This document shows positions 1 to 11,702 of a stretch of 64,000 bases of DNA, piece after piece. Under the pieces are notes generated by a model. That model was not told the DNA's origin. It saw only the letters and a list, made by a program, of their open reading frames with translations, and searched no databases. Source of the stretch: the human T2T-CHM13v2.0 reference genome, Homo sapiens; assembly GCF_009914755.1 (NCBI RefSeq), contig NC_060932.1, one strand, 5' to 3'. Numbering within the stretch: the first letter of the stretch is position 1; every line of letters begins with the position of its first letter. The position numbers and the translations under genes were made by a program.

Positions 1-3000
1 GTCACCCCAGTCACACAGGTGCCCTTGGAGGTGCCGTGGGACCGGAACCTGGCCACGCGGCCCCGTGGTTGGCATGGCCATTAGAGCAGATTCGACTCTC
101 GCCCGCACCGGAGTGTGGACCAGCTTCACCTCCTCATCCTCACAGCAGCCGGGGAGGCTGCTGAACCCCGCTGTGCAGGGCACGTCAGCGGGGGTTCAGA
201 GCCGCAGAAGCTCCCCACCCAATAAGCAGCGGAGACTCAGGACCTACTGACCCCGACAATCATCAGGCTCTGTCAAAAATCAGGTTCCCAATATGTGGCA
301 AATGTCACAATTACTGTTAACACATGGCAGCTTAGGTGGTCATCTGCTCTTGGGTTTTAATCATCCCTGTGAGGTCTGAAGTCCCAGTGGCTTTCTGGGT
401 TGGGTGGCCAGTCCCTGGCTGAGTTGAGGATCTGAGAAGCTGGCCTGGGGTGCAGTGGCTGAGTCCAGGCGTGAGTCTCCTGCCATCTGCTCAGCTGCTC
501 TGCAGGCTGCCCGCGTGTGGTCAGCCTCCCCTGGGCTTGAACACATAAGGCTCTCAGGATTTGCTGGGGTGGAAGAGAAGGAGCCCTGGGCTTAGCACTG
601 GAAAACCTGGTTTCCCGCGGCTCTGCCCCGTCCGGCCGGCCTCTGTGTCAAATGGGGCTCATAGGCTTGGGTCTGTGGTGGGGGTGACATCACGCATTGG
701 GGCGGGGGTGGTGGAACATGGGGCATGAAAGGGCTCTGAGATGCCAGTGGGGACAGACTTGATGTGTGCTGTGCTCGTGGGGCTCAGTGGAGAGTCTGGT
801 ACATTCCCCACCTTGGGAGCCCATACCACCCTCTGGGAGGATCCTACCCTGCCTGAAGGCCACCTCCTCAGAGAGGCCTCTGTGATTGCTCCCCCCAGCA
901 ATCACAGGAGGGATGGGAATCAATGGTTCTGTGGGTCACATGCCACTTCCCATTGCCATAATCCTTTGCCTGGTTAGTGTGTGTCCCCCCGCCCCCACTG
1001 ACCAACCAGTGCCCTCTGAGTGTGGGTGATGGGGTTTGCTCACCCCTGACCCCCACCCAGCACCTATCATGGGGTCTGGAGCCCAGAGGGTGTTTGGCAG
1101 GTACACGTATGAATGGAAACGTGATAGGGGAGACCCAGGCACTGAGGGTAGCTGCAGGCTTCCTGGAGGAGGAGGGACTCTGGTCTGGTCTTGAGCATGA
1201 GGAGGTGTGTCCTGGGACATTCTGGGCAGAGAGAAGAGGGTGCCTGGAGATGTGACTCCTATAATCCCTCCCCCTCCTCACCTGTGAGGGAGGCAAGGGC
1301 AGAGGGGCCATGGGCCAGGCTGAAAAGCCGGTACTTGGTGTGTAGGCCATAGGGAGCCATGGAAGGTATGTGAGCAGCAGCAGGGTGGGGGCCACCATTG
1401 TGTCTCCAATCCTGTGCCAGGCCTTGCCGTAGGGGGGTGGCTTGCCGGGTGGGTGGGCAGCTGACATGGGCTCTTGACCCCAAGTCTAGTCTGGGCTGGA
1501 GGTGGGCTGCCCACTTACCAAACCTCAACCAAGCTGCCCTCAGAGACAAGCATGCGTGTACCTCCCTTGATACCTGCCCTGGTGAGGAGGCTGGGCTGGC
1601 TGGCTGGGTGAGGGTGGGGGACAGGAGGGGTGGTAGACTAGAGACCCCAATCAGGTGGGGAGACCAGTGGGCCCCTGGGGCCTCGATGGTGGAAGCAGGG
1701 CTGGCCCAGCGGTGGCCCTCTGGAGGCAGATCTGTGCTCTCCCATTTGGTTCTCTGGTTGGGGTCCTGAGCTGCCTGGGGGTGTCAGGGACATTGACAAG
1801 GAGAAGGCATAATGACATGGGTGACAGGCCCTGAGACCTGGGCCCGCAGCGAGGCAGGGGTCAGGGAGGCAGCGGCCAGGGGCTCACTGTGGCCTCGGAG
1901 GATGCCCAGGCCTGGGTGGCCCATTCCTCGCTGGACCCAGACCAAGACCAGAGGAGAAGGGGTGGCATCCTTTCTGGGGTTTGGGGATACAGGGGCCACG
2001 CAGGCAGCACTAGGCACTATTCTGAGCACTTTTCATGACCTGATTCATTTATTTCCGAGGAAGAAGCCGAGGTGCAGGGAGTGGCTGTTACTAGGTAGTG
2101 AAGATTCCCCTGAGGAGGTGGTGTTCCCAGGAGAGCATGACCCAGGCTGGGAGGTGGGGAGGGAGCTTGCAAGGGTGGGCTTGGAGGGGAGGTGGGCAGC
2201 CCTGTGGAGGCAGCTTGTGGAGGCCTTGGTTAGGCCGATGGCTGGGGACAGTAGGGGGAGTGGAGGCCTGACGGCCCTGGGTCCTGATCTGCCTGCCGTG
2301 GCGGTGTCTCCGCTGTGAGCCAGGCATCCTACATTCTAACCCTGTTTGTGACAGCCTGGGAAACTGAGGCACAGGTTGGCATGGGGTCTCTTTGAGGAAC
2401 CAAGTGGCTTGGCTCCAGGGAGGAAGTGACCCCCGACTCAGTAGAGATGCCAGCATGTGGGCACCCTGGACCCCTCCCTGGAAACTCACGATATTGTCAT
2501 TACCTGGCCCACCCGCCCGGGGAGTCTGGGAGGCAGCTTGGCAGGGCAGGGGGTGGAGGGGTGGCTGGGCAGCCCCACCTGGGAGGGCAGGAGAAGGTGG
2601 GCAGGCTGTGTGCTGTTTCTGTCCATTTCTTTCCTGAATCTCCCAAGCTTAGCCCAGCACCTGGCCCTTGAAGGTGCTCAATACATATTTGTCAAATTGG
2701 ATGAATGAACGGATGAATGAATGGATGAATGCCTGGTCTCCAGTCCTCGTTGGTGGGAGTCTTGTGGTCCAGGGTGGGAGTACGGGAGGCTCAGAGGCAC
2801 TGCTGAGCCTCAGGAGGGTGCAGGGCAGTGTAGAGGGCAGGACGCCCCCTGCAGGGATGGGGAGGTGGGTGGTGGGCTTTGTACAGGGCAGGCAGCCCAG
2901 GATGCAGGCCTTATGTGCCGGAGTGTGGCATCGTGTGGTGTCAACAGGTGGCCTGGCTGGCAGTGGCTGCTGGGATGCTTTCCAAGCACTGACACCCCCA

Positions 3001-4915
3001 TCCCGGCCCCCAGGAAGGGCAGGTGGGGGGCTGGGGTGCTGGGGGAATGACAAGGGCAGGGTGAGGGGAGTTGGGAGGGGGGCCTGGCTGTGTCACGCCC
3101 CCAGGCAGGGAAGATGCCCTACCTGTTCTGCCACCAGGTGGGCTTCTAGGGTGGCAGAAGGGGTGAAGGTTTGCATGGCCACATTTGGGAGTCACACTTC
3201 CCCTGGCCGTGCCTCAGTTTCCTCATCTGAGCTGCTGCCAGAGGCCCCGTCTTCCAGCTGTCAGTGTCCACTGTCCCCTTGTCCCCTTGTCCCCTCGACC
3301 CCTCAAGACCCCGGTGAGCCAGGGCTTGCCATACCTTTTACAGGTGGGGAACCAGGGCTCAGAGGGGAGAAACGGTCACAGGCAGCACTGGGCTTGACCC
3401 TAGGCCCTATGAGCCCAGAGCCCAGTCCTGACTGCCGTGGTTTGGTGCCACCTTGTGAGTGGGGTCAGAACCCCTCCCTGTGACTGTCCCCCTCTTCTAC
3501 CTCCTCCCCCTGCCACCTGTCCTTCCTTGCTCCTTTCTTCTGGCATCCCAGGTCCCATTAGGGAACGGTCCAGGCCCACAAGGGTGAGGCTGGCCGAGCT
3601 GAGTCCAGGTGGAGAGGGCTGGGGCTTGGTGCTGGGCTATGGGGGTAGGGGTCTGAGTCCTGGGTTGGGATTGGGCATCGCAGGAGGCCATAGTGTGGTA
3701 TTAAGCACCTCCTGGGGTCAGGTTTCTACCCATCACCTGGGTGGTTCTCCTGGTGCCATTGGAGGTTGGGAGGCTCCGGGTGGGCCTGGCAGGGCCTGAG
3801 TGGCCACAGATTTGGGAGGCTCCTGGTGCTTGGCGGGCATCACCTGCTGCCTGCCTGATGCTGGGTGCCTGGGGCCCAATGGCAGCCTGAGTGGAGCCCC
3901 ATGGCCTCATCCATGCTCTCACCAGGTGCCCACCTACCCGCCTGCCTGTGGAAGCAGTGGTTACAGCCCCCAGGTCTGTGGTGGAACTGTGACCTGCCTG
4001 GGCACTGCTGGTGGCTGGCAGCATGTGAGCAGCTTCAGGAGGAGCAGGGCAGGCCTCCTGGGTTGGCAAGTTAGCGAAATGCCCCAGGAGGCACTGTTAA
4101 AGCTGTGTGCAGCCTGGACGGGCAGCAGCTGAGCACAGGGGCATGTCCTTGGAGCCCACAGTCGTCTGTAGATGCCCAGTGGGTAGAACCCGAGCCGGCG
4201 CCCAACAGCTCCGCTTCCAGGCCGCAGCCAGGCACCCCATGACTGGCTTGGAGCTGGCACCATCTCGGAAGGTGGCTTTCCTTTCTGGCAGCGTCTCTAT
4301 TTGTAAAGGCAGCCATGGGCCCCAGAGGGCTAGCACTGGCCCAGGGTCACACAGGGAGTCGGGGTAGTGGGTCAAGCCTGATGTGAGACTCCAGGCATCA
4401 GGAGCATGCCTGCCTCCCCAATGGCCAGTTCCTCCAGGAAGCCTTCCCTGACCTCCCACCCTCCAGATCACCTGCCATCCTGGGGCTTCTGCTCAGGGGC
4501 TGTCCTCCTGCTGGTCCCTGTCCCTGCAATGAGTGCTCAGAAGCACCAGAGAGGGGGCCTGGGACCAACAGCTTGGGAGGCTGCCTGGAGGCGGAGGGCA
4601 CGAGGGCTGCTAAGGAGTAGTGAGGTCCCCATCACCAGAGGTGTGCAAGCTGGTGCTTAGGTGTGGCGTAGGTGACCTTTGAGGTTCCTCTAGGCCTCAG
4701 GGGTTGAGATTCCATGATGGGTTCTGGATGTGTCCCAGATCTGGATGTCTGCCCACAATGTTGGGTCATTTGCTCCTTCCACAAACAAGTGGGAGCCCTC
4801 TTGGTGCCAGGGCCTATGTGGGAGGTGGGGTGAAACTGAGGATCTCTCAGCCCTCCTCCAGTTGGGATGCCTTCCCTGGGGCCTGTGAAACGCTACTCTA
4901 AAGGACACATAGCAA

Positions 4916-5165
4916 GGGGAGAGGGGATGGGGTGGGGTGGGGAGAAGGGATGGGGTGGGGTGGGGATTGGGGGTGGGGTGGGGTGGGGAGAGGGGATGGA
5001 GTGGGGTGCGGAGAGGGGATGGGGCGGGGTGGGGAGAGGGGGTGGGGTGAGGGGGTGGGGTGGGGTGGGGACTGGGGTGGGGTGGGGTGGGGAGAGGGTG
5101 TGGGGTGGGGTGGGGAGAGGGTGTGGGGTGGGGTGGGGAGAGGGGATGGGATGGCATGGGGGGAT
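4916..5165 (+). repeat. G-rich (GGGGT/GGGGA)n simple repeat
   Basis: Dozens of G3-G5 runs. Confidence 0.95.
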
Positions 5166-5322
5166 GTGGCAGTGAGGAGGCTGGGCCCTTGGAGCTGCCG
5201 AGTGCAGGGGCCTGGAGGACTCCGGGAAGGCGTCCTAGTGCATCAAGCGTGGGCTTGGCCTGCTTGGGTCTCCCCTCCTGGCCCCCCTAGCAATGGGCGG
5301 ACTTGGGCCCGCTCTGGGAGGA

Positions 5323-5355
5323 TTCCAGGAACGGCTCCTGCCTGGTTATAAATAG
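5323..5355. promoter_or_regulatory. Candidate enhancer module: GAS/STAT site TTCCAGGAA (5323-5331) plus MEF2 site TTATAAATAG (5346-5355)
   Basis: Two consensus motifs 14 bp apart. Motif match only. Confidence 0.45.
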
Positions 5356-6779
5356 ACTTCTCCGAAAGGCCTGGGGCTGTGCCAGCTGCAGCAGGTGCCT
5401 CCCAGGCCCGGCCAGAGGGCCCCAGGCAAGGGGGTGGAGCCCGGGTGGGGGTGATGAGGATGCTGGGGTCCACTTTTGTAGCGCCAGAGGCGACGGGCTC
5501 TGTCTGGTTGTAGCATCACAGAGCTTGATGGGAACTTTCACTCTGAGACCCCTTTTATGGATAAGAAAACTGAGGCTGGGGGGCAGGAGCAGCTTACCCC
5601 AGAGGTCCTCTCTCCCAGAGGGCTAGGGTGGGGATAAGCAGGGTCTCGGGGGCAGCAAGACCCAGCTCCAAATGTGGTTTTTCTGCCTTCTGGCTGTGTG
5701 ACTCAGAAGGGTTGCTCAGCTTCTCTGTGCTGTTATGGTTTGTCAGTGCAGTGTGGCAGGTGTGTGTCTTGCTTGTGGAATGCAGTGTCTACCCTGGTAT
5801 CCTTAGAAAGTGGCTGAGGTTGGAGATTGGTGGGGCAGAGTCCCTGAAGCTGACCCATTCTTGCCTTCAACCTTCAGGGAGACGCTGCTGGAAGTGGTGA
5901 GCTGAGAGCACTGGGCAGGAGTCAGAGCCTAGCGTCTCCCTGTGGAGCTGGGTGCACCCACGTGGGTGGGTGCCCTTGCCAGGGAGCTCACACCCTTGGG
6001 GGTCCATGAGCTGGCAGGCAGGGCTACCTGGCTTGGTGTGCCCTTGGGTGGAGGCTCCCATGGGGCCCTTCAGACTGGGCACAGCCCTCCTGTCCTCTGC
6101 TCCCCAGCCTGCTTGCCCACCTGGAGGTGGGAGGAGGCGAGGGTTGCCGGCACAGCTGGGCCAGGCTGATGGTGATGTTTTCTGGAAGTGTGGGTGGGGA
6201 GAGCCTGGCAGGGGGAGGGGGGGTCGTGCTCTCAGCTGGGCCCCTTGATGACCTCAGATTGCAGGGACCAGGTTGTTTGAGAGCTGCAAGCAGGGCCACA
6301 CCTCCAGGGACCCTGTGCTGGGGGTACCACCCTTGCCGCTCCACCCTGCTCTGAGGGCCCTGGGTGGCCAGGGCGGGCACAGAGTGGGTGGTGATGCCAG
6401 CTGCATCCCTGGGGTTCATAGTCTGGGGAGCACATGAGTTCCCGGCACAATGCTCCCAGGAGGCAGAGCCAGGAGTCGCAGGGAGGCGTTTGCTTGAGAG
6501 GGTCTGGGAGGGCTTCCTGGAAGAGGGGGCATCAGTGCCGAGCCTCAGAGTTTGTGGAGCCCGCCGCCTGGCTGAATCCTGCCTGCCGGTGTTACCTCAG
6601 GGTGTTCCTCGTTGCAGTGCCTCAGTTTCCTCACCAGTACGCTAGGGGAGACCAGCGTAGCCAGCCACAGCGGGGTCGTGAGGATTAAGTGAGGGGACAG
6701 CAGTGTCTGGCACGGTGGGTGCTGAGTAAATTCATGGAGGAGTGCCCGGGCGGTGGGGCTGGTGGGCTGGGCAGGGGGT

Positions 6780-7620
6780 CTGAACTGGAGGGACTCGGGC
6801 GCCCTCCTCCTCAGGGTGCAGGACAGCACCTGCACGGCGGGGCCGCATTTCCATTTCCAAAGCTGGGCGCGCTCTGTCCAGGCCTCCCCACCAGGAGCGC
6901 GGCCCGGCGGCTCCTGCCCTCCGGACCCCCAGCCCACAGGCCCGTGCAGCCCCATGAGGGGGCCAGGGGGAGCTCCGAGGTTCTAGGGAGGGCGCGCACC
7001 GGGAGAGGGCGCCGGGCCGGCCGGCGGGAGGAAGGAGGGGTCCCGGGCGGCAGCGCCCCCGGCCCTCGCCGCGCCCCGCACTTCCCTTTCCTGGCTGGGC
7101 TTCCTCTTCCCCGCGCCCGCCCTGCGCGGCCCCTTTGTTTCCCGGGCAGGGCGCGGCTATATTTAGGCGGCAGGTGTGGGAGCCCCCGGCAGCCGGGTCG
7201 CCCGCCGGTCACGCCCCCCACGTGACGCCCGGGCGCTATAAATAGCCGCAGGCGGCGGTGGCGGCAGCGCCTGGAGCCGGCTCCGCGGCGGAGGGGCGGC
7301 GCCCCGACCCAGGCCCAGCACCGTGGGCACCGCCAGGCCGGCGCGTATGGAGGCGGTGGGACGCCTGCGGCGCGGGTGAGCCTGGCAGGTGGGGACGCGG
7401 CGGACCCAGGCCTTCCGGGACCCCAGCCCCGCCGGGGAGGAGGTGGCGCCCTCCGGAGGGCTGGGCGGGAGCCCCGCTGGCACCCAGGGAGGGGGCCGCG
7501 CCCCTTACCACGACCCCACCCGCGACTGGTTCCCCGGGACTCCCCAGAGCGCCCGCCTCAGCCCTGACCGCGGCGCAGCTTACTTCTCCTGAGACCCGCT
7601 GAGCCCCGGGCCTCCAGCCT
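6780..7620 (+). promoter_or_regulatory. PTP4A3: CpG island / promoter and non-coding first exon (ends at donor after 7375) of a PTP4A3 transcript
   Basis: Very high CpG/GC density, GC boxes, CACGTGAC at 7219-7226, TATA-like CTATAAATAG at 7236-7245, then GG|GTGAGC donor at 7375/7376. Confidence 0.75.
7157..7245. promoter_or_regulatory. Pair of MEF2 sites (CTATATTTAG 7157-7166; CTATAAATAG 7236-7245, which doubles as a TATA box)
   Basis: Two exact matches to the MEF2 consensus YTA(W)4TAR, forming AT islands in otherwise very GC-rich sequence. MEF2C regulation of PRL-3 is established. Confidence 0.75.
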
Positions 7621-8571
7621 CCTCCCCCAAAATCACAGGGGGCGCCCTGTCTGAAGCGGGGGCTGGATTCAAACTTCTTAAGCTGCTGTGCCATCGGGAA
7701 GGAGGGCGGTAGCCTCCCTGAACCTCGATTTCCTCTTCTGTGCAGGGCGCTGCGTGTTGTTCCTGCCTCCTAGATTTGAGCCAGAGAGAACCCAGTTAAC
7801 TGGACGCCTGGTGTGGCCCTGGTGGAGAATGTTCTCCCCTCTCCCTGGCTTGTTTCCTCATCTCGCAAACAGGGACAAGGATGGACTCTCCCTTAAAGGG
7901 TCTTGAGAAATAGCTGAGGGCTCTGGGCCTGCTGGCCCGAGGAGGCTGAGCCAGATCTTGGGAAGGGTTCTGCAGGGCTTGGTAGCAGGAGGGAAGGAGG
8001 TAGCAGGAGGGAAAGAGGGGCCACGGCTGCCAGTGGGTCCCCGTGCTGTGGGCCGCGGGCCTGGTGGGGGTGGTAGCGACTCAGGACACATGGAGGCAGG
8101 GGCAACCTGTCCCCATTTCGCAGATGGGAAGCCTGAGGCTTTGGCTTCAGGGAGTTCTCAGTGCCCATCCCTGGGGATCCTTAACCCTTGCTCTCAGGGC
8201 CCTACCTGGTGACCTCACTGGGGGCGTGTGGTTATGGAGGGGTTTTCTCCCTTGGGGGACAGCCACCAGGCAGGGCAGAGCCACATAGTGGTGCCAGGGC
8301 ATCATTGCTTTGCTCTCACCTGGGGCAGGGGTAGGGGCCCTAGGCTGCAGAGACAAGTGGGATGTGTGGCAAGACCCTGGTCCAGCCTCTCCCTGGACCC
8401 CTAACCCCATTCTAGCCTGGGCTGTGACCCCTGAGCGTAGCCCAGGCTAACCCCCTGATTCCGGCAGATGTGTGGCATCCTTAGGCCTTCAGTGGGGGGT
8501 AGTGTGGGGTGGTTCGGAGCCTCCTCCCTCCCAGTAGCCTGCAGCCCTGAGGACCTGTGCAGGGCCACTAG

Positions 8572-9234
<663 letters not shown>

Positions 9235-10744
9235 ACCCACCGCCCATTTTAACCTTCCCAGAACCATGCAGTGGACAGAGCCTGAGGTGTGGCGGCTGCT
9301 CTGAGCCCATGAGCACTGGCTGCCACCCAGGGTGTGGAGGGCAGGCAGGGAGGAGCCCACTGTCCCAGGTAGCCACCCTCTGAGTCCAGGGGCCCAGGCC
9401 TCAAGCCCTACCTGCACCTGGGCTGAAGCTCCAAGGGCCCAGCCTGCCTGGTGGGCAGCTGGGAAGGGGGTGCTGGGGCTGGGGCAGGGGCACAGGTGAG
9501 AGGGGGTGGGTTGGGGAATGGAGGGCTCTGCTGGGCGAGGGGCCCTGAAGTGCCTTTCCTTGGGTAGCAGGCAGTAGTGACAGGGCCGGGCTTGGGTTGA
9601 GTCTAGGGGGCTGGAGAGTCTGCTAACAGCTGGGTCACAGCCAGGGCCAGCAGTGCGGGGACCCCTCAGCAGCAGTGCCCAAATACAGCTTGGGTCACTT
9701 GTGTCACCCCTCATCGTGCTCATGGGGTAACAAAGAGGCCGGCACCTTGCTCAAGGCCTCCCAGCCCTTCCGTAGAGAGGGAAGGGGGCTGCGTGCTCCT
9801 GGAACCCCTTTGCCTGGGAGCTTTGGGGTCATGAGACCCAGAAAGGGAGAGAGGCAGGCGTGGAGGTGCCTTGGGTTGCTGTGGCCCCCCCTGCCGCCTC
9901 CCCTCTTCAGGGCCCTGTCATGGTGTGAACCCACTCCTGGCCACCTGTGCTGTCACCACCTTGGCATGTGTGCCTGATGGCTGGCCCATTGGCGTGTTCT
10001 GTCCCCGCCTCCCTGAGCTCCTGGAGGGGCAGAGCTGGCCTGTTTATCCCCGAGCCTGGCTGAGACCTGTGTGAGCAGTGGAGACACAGTGGCGGGGGGA
10101 CACTGGTGGACAGGGGGCTGCTGACAGGCAGGAGACTTTCTGCAGAAAGCAAGAGGCGATTAGGGTGGCCCACGGCCGCGTGTGGGGCCAGGCCCCTCAC
10201 CTCCCTGTGCTGGCAGCACTGACCGAGTGCCTGGGCCCCATTCCCTGAGGATGGGCCACCCAGAGACACCTGGGCTCAGATGTTCACAGTGGCTGAGAAT
10301 CGGAAGAGGAGAGGGCAGCTGTCCTGGGGTGGAGTTTCCGCAGATCACAGCAGGTGGGCAGGGGCCAGGCTCAGGCTTCTTAGGAACTCGGCCTCTGTCC
10401 CCACAGAGGGATCTGTCATCTGTGTGCTGGGGTTCATCATGTCCTCGGGGGTGTGTGTGTCCCTGAAATCCCTGTCCCCTCTGTCCTCCGTCATGCCCTG
10501 CTGGCTGTGTGGTGGCTACCCTGTCGCCTCTGGGCCCTGGGTCAGTCCTGGCAGGAGCCGTGCTTCCTTGTGCTCCCATATAAGGAAATAGACCCAAAAG
10601 GGTCATTCTCTCAGCATGGTCAGGAGGAGGGCTCTGGGAGAGGTGTCGCCTGTGACTGTGGGCTCATGACAGGCATGAACCCCTTGTGGGAGGCGGGGCC
10701 CCCTGTGATCCCTTTCTATTCATTTCCTTCGTCTTTCCCCACAG

Positions 10745-11597
10745 ATGCTGTGTGCTGTGGACCCACCTGGGGTTCATGGAGTGGGCCACGGGGCCCAGCC
10801 CTAAGCACTGCTGCGCCCAGGGTCGCCGCGCCTCCTGCTGAGGGGTCCCCGTGCCACTGGCTCTCACCATTGCCCTCGCCTGCCGATGGCCTCTGCTGCC
10901 CAGCCTGGGGCCAGCTCTACCGCCTGAGCCCCCTGCCCCACTCCAGGACTCACCGTACCCCGATGGGGTAACGTGACACAGGCCCCACACGTCAGAGGCC
11001 GCTGTCCCCACGGCCACTGCCCGTGACCCCTGGCCCAAGGCAGCTGGAGTTGGTTCAGTTCAAGTTCATTCTTCCTCTGGCCCTTGGGGGCTTGGGGCCC
11101 ACCTCTGAGTGAAGGGGGCTGTCTGCCCATCCACCAATGTGGAGAGGGCGCCCCCGGTGTGGGGTCCAGCTCTGGACACTGCTTGGCGGCCGGGTTCACT
11201 TTGAGTTTTTAAGTTTTCTTTGCTGAGCTTTTTTGGTTGTTCTTTTTATTTTTTGCCTCTTTATGACTATCCAGCTCTGAGAGACGGGAGTTTGGAGTTG
11301 CCCGCTTTACTTTGGTTGGGTTGGGGGGGGCGGCGGGCTGTTTTGTTCCTTTTCTTTTTTAAGAGTTGGGTTTTCTTTTTTAATTATCCAAACAGTGGGC
11401 AGCTTCCTCCCCCACACCCAAGTATTTGCACAATATTTGTGCGGGGTATGGGGGTGGGTTTTTAAATCTCGTTTCTCTTGGACAAGCACAGGGATCTCGT
11501 TCTCCTCATTTTTTGGGGGTGTGTGGGGACTTCTCAGGTCGTGTCCCCAGCCTTCTCTGCAGTCCCTTCTGCCCTGCCGGGCCCGTCGGGAGGCGCC
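10745..11597 (+). other. PTP4A3: PTP4A3 long 5'UTR portion of the first coding exon (853 nt), with multiple uORFs and three GCCCAG motifs
   Basis: Pyrimidine tract + CAG acceptor at 10742-10744, contiguous with the ATG at 11598. Confidence 0.8.
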
Positions 11598-11702
11598 ATG
11601 GCTCGGATGAACCGCCCGGCCCCGGTGGAGGTGAGCTACAAACACATGCGCTTCCTCATCACCCACAACCCCACCAACGCCACGCTCAGCACCTTCATTG
11701 AG
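11598..11702 (+). CDS. PTP4A3: PTP4A3 coding exon 1 ([35 protein letters not shown])
   Basis: GCCATGG Kozak context; donor GAG|GTGAGT. Confidence 0.98.

Noticed and set aside
1-6700. Numerous 60-270 aa ORFs upstream of PTP4A3
   Set aside because: G/P/W/R-rich compositions expected by chance at this GC content. No recognisable domain or spliceable exon chain; some overlap L2/MIR remnants (e.g. ~2650-2730).
11478-11597. In-frame N-terminal extension of PRL-3 from TTG at 11478
   Set aside because: The frame is open, but the start is non-AUG and the native ATG has strong Kozak context. No supporting evidence.
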